DNA of 64,000 nucleotides, from contig CALVAR010000009.1 of assembly GCA_944325575.1 (NCBI GenBank), forward strand, positions 7,761 through 71,760, read 5' to 3'. Below the pieces are notes generated by a model. The model had not been told where the DNA came from. It saw nothing but the letters and a program-made list of their open reading frames with translations, and did not search any database. Of the stretch, positions 59,434 to 64,000 are shown piece by piece (position 1 is the stretch's first letter; each line of letters starts with the position of its first letter). A program made the position numbers and the translations under genes. Source of the DNA: Candidatus Gastranaerophilales bacterium (GTDB lineage: Bacteria; Cyanobacteriota; Vampirovibrionia; Gastranaerophilales; Gastranaerophilaceae).

Positions 59434-61257
59434 TTATTTTTTCCTCCTCAATTTTATTTTTATTCCGAGTATAGTTATGATTTTGTGTGTATTTATGTTT
59501 TTTATAGAGAATATTTTTTCTAAAATAGAATATCCAAAATCTGTCTTGTCCAGATATTTAAAATATTCTTTGCCTACAGAAAGGTCATATTTGCAATTCC
59601 AAGGTTTGCTGGGTGAAGAATAGTGGATGATTACAGGGTTTTTAACTATATCTGCGTATTCTTGTTTAGAAATTGTTTTTAATACAAAATCTTTGTCTTT
59701 CAGAAAAGAAAATTGTAAGTTATATTTTTGAGAAATAAATTTTATTTTATCCTTTAAAGTGTAATTTAATACACATTGATCTACCCAGGTGATTTTATTT
59801 TCATTTTGCAGCTTTATAGTATTTTGGAATAAATTATCAACAATATTATCCTCATTCATTTTTGTAATATTGAATAACATCACACCGGAATTAAAATATT
59901 TATTTACCGCCAATTTTTCTTTAACACCGCAATATTCTACGCATGGTGCCATATCTTCTACTGCTGCTGCATAGTAATTTGTTATATCTGTTTCAAAGAA
60001 ACTTTTTAATGATTTTTTTACAATCACATCACAGTCTAAATATAAAACTTTTTCTAAATGTTTAAATAATTGCGGAATAAGAAATCTGTAATATGCATTT
60101 ATGCTTATATGTTCACAACCATCCGAAATAGGACACATATTAAAATCATTTCTATCAATAGCAATAAATGCTATATTAAAATCTTTTAATTTTTTTAATT
60201 TTGTAAGTTTTTGTTTATAATCCTCATTTATTCCGCTGGTTAAAATATAAAAATTAAACTTTTCTTCTTTATTTGAGTTAATTAGTATAGATGCCATTGT
60301 AGCAGCAAGATGAGGAACATAATTGTTGTCAGAAGAAAAAACTATATTTAATGTGTTTTTATCTGTATTGAAATTTTTCCAGATTTCGCAGGAATTATTA
60401 TTTGCAAATTGCAAATTATATTGTTTTTTCTGATAATCTATTACATCTTTAAAATAATTTGCCCAATGTTCACCGTAATATTTTTTGAAATATATTGCAA
60501 GTTCATCACATTCATTTTCTTTTAACAAATATTGCCATCTATGTGTAAGTAAATTAAAAATATCAAAAATCCTTTTTTTAGATTCACTGTTAATTTTAAC
60601 TGCACCAATATTAGGGAATTGTACATTGTCATTGTATTTTATAAAATTTCCTTGTATTAATTTAGTGCCTTGTAAAACGCTTAAAAGCATATTGTTAGTG
60701 TATTGCATTTTTGACCATTGTTCATCTCTAACAAAAGCATGTAAATTTGTATCATGAAAGACTATTACTGCATCATCTTTTATAAATGGCAAAATCATTA
60801 ATAAATCTAATATTTCCCCCGGATTTGAATGTACAGTATCAATTAGAACAAAATCGATTCCATTTCCAATTTGTTCAATAAACTTGTATGCCATTGCGCC
60901 GGTGAATAGACTCCATTTGTCCTTTAATTCCGGATAATTATCAACATAAAAACCGCTTTGCTTTCCTTTTATTCGATAATGATTTGTATTGTAATCAATA
61001 GAATATAGTTTTGCGCTGCTGTTATTTTTTATGGCATTTAATATAATTATAGAAGACGCGCCGCTGCAAACTCCGAGTTCTAAAATTTTTGTAGGTTGAT
61101 ATCTCAGTAATAATGAATTTAAAAATTCTCTCTCTTCTTTTAACATTTCAGAGAATTGTTCATAACTGTTATCTAAGTTATATAGAACTTGGTTTTCTGT
61201 TTCTATTGGATAAATTAACTCCATATACTTATTTTCACAATTAATTGCAGCTGACAT
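59434..61257 (-). CDS. SAM-methyltransferase (N-terminal) fused to a GT8-family glycosyltransferase, ending in the IFSIKN..GIKIK motif
   Basis: ILELGVCSGASS and VLIDTVHSNPG for the methyltransferase. LNIVFSSDNNYVPHLAATMASIL, YLDCDVIV (DxD) and YFNSGVMLFN for GT8. The C-terminal 31 aa are SILEKIFSIKNINTHKIITILGIKIKLRRKK. Confidence 0.8.
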   Translation of the reverse strand: MSAAINCENKYMELIYPIETENQVLYNLDNSYEQFSEMLKEEREFLNSLLLRYQPTKILELGVCSGASSIIILNAIKNNSSAKLYSIDYNTNHYRIKGKQSGFYVDNYPELKDKWSLFTGAMAYKFIEQIGNGIDFVLIDTVHSNPGEILDLLMILPFIKDDAVIVFHDTNLHAFVRDEQWSKMQYTNNMLLSVLQGTKLIQGNFIKYNDNVQFPNIGAVKINSESKKRIFDIFNLLTHRWQYLLKENECDELAIYFKKYYGEHWANYFKDVIDYQKKQYNLQFANNNSCEIWKNFNTDKNTLNIVFSSDNNYVPHLAATMASILINSNKEEKFNFYILTSGINEDYKQKLTKLKKLKDFNIAFIAIDRNDFNMCPISDGCEHISINAYYRFLIPQLFKHLEKVLYLDCDVIVKKSLKSFFETDITNYYAAAVEDMAPCVEYCGVKEKLAVNKYFNSGVMLFNITKMNEDNIVDNLFQNTIKLQNENKITWVDQCVLNYTLKDKIKFISQKYNLQFSFLKDKDFVLKTISKQEYADIVKNPVIIHYSSPSKPWNCKYDLSVGKEYFKYLDKTDFGYSILEKIFSIKNINTHKIITILGIKIKLRRKK

Positions 61258-62314
61258 CTTTATTTGTAAACCTTTCTCTCAACAATTTAGTCCATCTTTT
61301 TACTCTAAATTTTTTACCGAACAGAATAAAAGTTTTGTCTGTATCTGTGGTGCGAATATCAAACATATCAAAGAAGGTTTTGTGCTCATATTTAAAAAGC
61401 AGGTGTTTTAGCTTTTGGTAATTAGACATTTTTAATAATTCCAATAGCTCAAATTGTCCTTTTACAAACACCAAAAATTCTTCTATATCCCTTTTGTATT
61501 TCTTCCTTTGCTCTTCATCCTCTGCATAACGCCAATAGTGTATAGAACCTCCGAGGATATGATTTGTTGTAGCTGTTTTTAGTCTTTGTGAGATATTCTT
61601 ATACTTATCTGTTGTACAAAGATATCTGTAAGCTGTTAAATCATTTTGTATGCAATTGTCATGGTTTGTTGCCGCATCTTTCCTGTACTGTGTATAAAAA
61701 TACAGACCCTCTGGTATAAAAGAATAATCTGGTTTTGCATAATATGACAAAAGGCAGAATATTATATCTTCCGCATTTTTTATTCCTTCAGGGAATCTTA
61801 TATTATTCTTAATTAAAAAATCTTTTTTAAAAGCTTTGTCCCAAATGAAAATCTGTAAAGCAAGCCAATTTTTTAAATTAATCTTTAAATTGCGCTCAAG
61901 TCTGTTTAATAAATAAACATATTCATCCGTTTTAACAATTTTTCCGTCAGAAAGAGAATTGTGCCCCCACATTACAATATCGGGATGCTCTGTGTTGATT
62001 TTTTCAACAACCTTTTCACACAGAGTCAAATCATACGTGTCATCAGGATCAATAAACATGATGTATTCGCCTTCTGACGCATTTATGCCCGCATTTCTTG
62101 CAGCGGAAACGCCTTGATTTTGTTGGTCAATTATTTTAATTCTGTTATCTTTTTGTGCATAATCCTTTAAAATTTGCAAAGAATTGTCCGTTGACCCGTC
62201 ATTTATGCAAATAATTTCAATATCAGAAAATGTTTGATTAATAACACTTTCCATAGCAGCCGGAAGATAGTCCTGTACATTATATGTCGGCATTATTATT
62301 GATATCTTAGGCAT
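61241..62314 (-). CDS. GT2-family glycosyltransferase
   Basis: MPKISIIMPTYNVQDYLPAAMESVINQTFSDIEIICINDGSTDNS, DPDDT. The start at 62314 is preferred by analogy with the other GT2 genes; it overlaps the XRE gene stop by 8 nt. Confidence 0.8.
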   Translation of the reverse strand: MPKISIIMPTYNVQDYLPAAMESVINQTFSDIEIICINDGSTDNSLQILKDYAQKDNRIKIIDQQNQGVSAARNAGINASEGEYIMFIDPDDTYDLTLCEKVVEKINTEHPDIVMWGHNSLSDGKIVKTDEYVYLLNRLERNLKINLKNWLALQIFIWDKAFKKDFLIKNNIRFPEGIKNAEDIIFCLLSYYAKPDYSFIPEGLYFYTQYRKDAATNHDNCIQNDLTAYRYLCTTDKYKNISQRLKTATTNHILGGSIHYWRYAEDEEQRKKYKRDIEEFLVFVKGQFELLELLKMSNYQKLKHLLFKYEHKTFFDMFDIRTTDTDKTFILFGKKFRVKRWTKLLRERFTNKDVSCN

Positions 62315-62657
62315 GTTGGTCGGCTCTCCTCTTAGACAAAATTTCAAGCATTTTAAGGCTTGTCAAAACATCCTCAGAACTCATATTCTTTAATAATTCC
62401 AAAATTTTAGCTTCATTTTCGCTGGTTGTATGCTCCGATATCATCAATACATCCGAGAGATCAAATTTGAGTACTTCAGATAGTTTCAGATAGGTAATAA
62501 ACTTTGGCATATATGTGCCGTCTTCGAGTTTGCCTATATGCCGTGTGCTAAGACCTGTTTTTTGTGCAAGCTGCTCTTGTGTCATATTCAGTGCTTTTCT
62601 CTGCTTTTTTATCAAAAAAGATAATGCCTCAGCCGCAGATTTTTCGTCTATCACCAA
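62307..62657 (-). CDS. XRE-family HTH transcriptional regulator, first gene of the glycan operon
   Basis: LIKKQRKALNMTQEQLAQKTGLSTRHIGKLEDG is a classic HTH_3 motif. TTG/GTG start. The stop overlaps the first GT2 gene. Confidence 0.75.
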   Translation of the reverse strand: MVIDEKSAAEALSFLIKKQRKALNMTQEQLAQKTGLSTRHIGKLEDGTYMPKFITYLKLSEVLKFDLSDVLMISEHTTSENEAKILELLKNMSSEDVLTSLKMLEILSKRRADQHA

Positions 62658-62686
62658 TATTTCCCCTGAATTTATTAATGAATTTC

Positions 62687-62825
62687 GTTACCTTGTTGGT
62701 ATGGCATGAGGATAGCAGAAATATAAGAAAAAGTATATGTTTTTCATTGATTTTTTATTTACAAAAGGTAACTAATTACGCTGTTTATGATGTAAATATT
62801 AGCAATTAACATATAAAAAGGTAAT
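62687..62825. promoter_or_regulatory. Divergent promoter region with three copies of an 8-nt operator-like half-site
   Basis: GTTACCTT (62687-62694), AAGGTAAC (62765-62772, its inverse) and AAGGTAAT (62818-62825), all between the two divergent XRE genes. Confidence 0.25.
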
Positions 62826-62846
62826 AAAAATCATTAAGGGTTTTTG

Positions 62847-63188
62847 ATGAATAAAAAAGATGTCGGAAGGAAAATCAAAGAGTTTAGAAATCTGCAGGGG
62901 TTGACGCAGGCAGAGCTGGCAGAAGCCGTGCATATGCATGAAAAACAAATTTCCCGTATAGAGGCGGGTGTCCATTTCCCCACATTTGATAATTTTATGA
63001 AGATTTTGACTGTACTCAATGTAGAAATGAAAGACTTTGATATGTCTCAAAAGGTAGAAAAAAATTCTTTAAGAAAAAAGACCCTAAAGATTATTCAAAG
63101 AGCCAATAACAAAGAATTAAAATTTTATGCATCCGTACTGGAAGCGATGCAAAAATGCCTGGACGAAACAGAAGAAACTGTCAAATAA
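62847..63188 (+). CDS. XRE-family HTH transcriptional regulator (divergent paralogue)
   Basis: IKEFRNLQGLTQAELAEAVHMHEKQISRIEAG is an HTH_3 motif. The post-HTH segment (P.F..F.K.L..L) matches that of the divergent neighbour. Confidence 0.75.
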   Translation: MNKKDVGRKIKEFRNLQGLTQAELAEAVHMHEKQISRIEAGVHFPTFDNFMKILTVLNVEMKDFDMSQKVEKNSLRKKTLKIIQRANNKELKFYASVLEAMQKCLDETEETVK

Positions 63189-63248
63189 AATATTTTCCTA
63201 TATTTAACTTATTTATATAAAGATTTTATTAAAATTTGCCTTATTTTA

Positions 63249-63277
63249 TTGACACGAGCACAAAATAAAAATATGCT
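63249..63277 (+). promoter_or_regulatory. Candidate sigma-70-type promoter for the amidotransferase gene
   Basis: TTGACA, a 17-nt spacer, then TATGCT, about 30 nt upstream of the ATG at 63307. Confidence 0.3.
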
Positions 63278-63306
63278 AAAAACACAGTGAATTAAGGTAT
63301 AGTTAC

Positions 63307-64000
63307 ATGTGTCGAATAGGTGCCATTAAATCAAAAAGGTATTTACACCCGTCAAAAGCATTAGAACTAATGCGTTCTCAGCAAAAGGGACATGATAATT
63401 CAGGATTTGCTTTTGTAATGCAGGATTTGGGCGGAGTCTTTGAAAACTATAAAGAACTTCCCATTTTATCCATGGCCTGTACAAATGAGGGTATGCATAT
63501 TGCGGAAGATATTCTGCACAGCATCGGTTTTGTCAGAATTATGCAGTGGGCGCCGGATGTTCGAAATGATATAACAGGTTTAAATATAGAGCCGATGCCG
63601 AACTATGTTTTTCAGGTATTTAATTATCCTCATTCATACAAATATGCCCCGCAAGAAGAAAAAGAAGCTCTTCTTTTAAATACCCGCCTAAAATTGAGAA
63701 AAGCTCTCGAACAGGCTGATGAAGGGTATGTATATTCTTTCTGGCCCGATGTATTGATGTTGAAGGAAATAGGTGATCCTCGTGATATAGGTACATATTT
63801 CGGTCTTTGGCAAGAAAATAAAGATTTTTGTGCCAAAATTATCACAGCGCAGTGTAGACAAAATACAAACTATGATATTGTCCGTTATGCTGCGCACCCG
63901 TTCTTCCTGCAGGGGTATACTGCTCTTGCTAACGGAGAAAATACTTTTTACGAAAAGAACAAACTGTTTCAAAAAAAACTGCATAAGGGATATATCGGTT
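63307..64000 (+). CDS. Class II (Ntn) glutamine amidotransferase domain protein (GlxB / glutamate-synthase domain-1-like), 3' end off-window
   Basis: Manual translation of frame 1 gives MCRIGAIKSKRYLHPSKALELMRSQQKGHDNSGFAFVMQD...AQCRQNTNYDIVRYAAHPFFLQGYTALANGENT with no stop to nt 64000. It has the N-terminal catalytic Cys2, and the RQNT/HPF/NGE blocks typical of the family. It is absent from the ORF track because it runs off the window. Confidence 0.8.
   Translation, partial: MCRIGAIKSKRYLHPSKALELMRSQQKGHDNSGFAFVMQDLGGVFENYKELPILSMACTNEGMHIAEDILHSIGFVRIMQWAPDVRNDITGLNIEPMPNYVFQVFNYPHSYKYAPQEEKEALLLNTRLKLRKALEQADEGYVYSFWPDVLMLKEIGDPRDIGTYFGLWQENKDFCAKIITAQCRQNTNYDIVRYAAHPFFLQGYTALANGENTFYEKNKLFQKKLHKGYIG

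Noticed and set aside
62307-63188. The XRE pair considered as a toxin-antitoxin module
   Set aside because: Both proteins carry HTH_3 domains and neither resembles a toxin. No small toxin-like ORF overlaps either gene. One is translationally coupled to a glycosyltransferase instead.
63630-63984. Two minus-strand ORFs of 71 and 98 aa
   Set aside because: They are antisense to the open-ended plus-strand class II amidotransferase gene, which has strong family motifs.

Overview
AT-rich bacterial chromosomal window from a diderm organism, judged by a TolC-family outer-membrane factor and the Kdo transferase WaaA. I cannot assign a lineage without a database search; the gene content would fit a low-GC host-associated diderm, but that is a guess. 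I call about 58 protein genes, 1 tRNA (Gln-UUG), no rRNA, no CRISPR array and no prophage. Positions 1-47 kb are mostly housekeeping: panE, gyrB, rpmH-rnpA-hisD, proC, lysA, cdaA, eda, tyrA, a TolC / MarR-EmrA-EmrB efflux module, an acyl-ACP thioesterase, waaA, rsmG, two tandem plsC paralogues, hom-thrC and a PPi-dependent phosphofructokinase. Orphan genes are scattered among them. Positions 47-63 kb look accessory. In order they hold tRNA-Gln, an intact REP-associated tyrosine transposase (RAYT) flanked by inverted REP hairpins, a 14-kb minus-strand glycan locus, and a divergent pair of XRE regulators. The glycan locus combines GT2/GT8/GT-B glycosyltransferase domains with five SAM-methyltransferase domains and ugd. 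Five observations stand out. (1) A ~470-bp non-coding element bounded by terminal inverted repeats (TIRs) and packed with hairpins is present in 3-4 copies. Two copies lie in inverted orientation and share a 229-nt identical core, bracketing a 7.9-kb segment that contains gyrB and rpmH-rnpA. (2) Two different REP/RAYT families occur, one RAYT intact and one decayed. (3) A ~30-aa basic/hydrophobic motif (IFSIKN..HKIITI.GIKIKLR) recurs 8 times, always at a domain junction or a terminus of the glycan-locus proteins. (4) A Cys/Met-rich LTXXQ (Spy/CpxP/ZraP-like) periplasmic protein is divergent from a two-component system. (5) Several orphan genes and modules have no recognisable family. All product calls come from reading motifs in the translations; no search was run.
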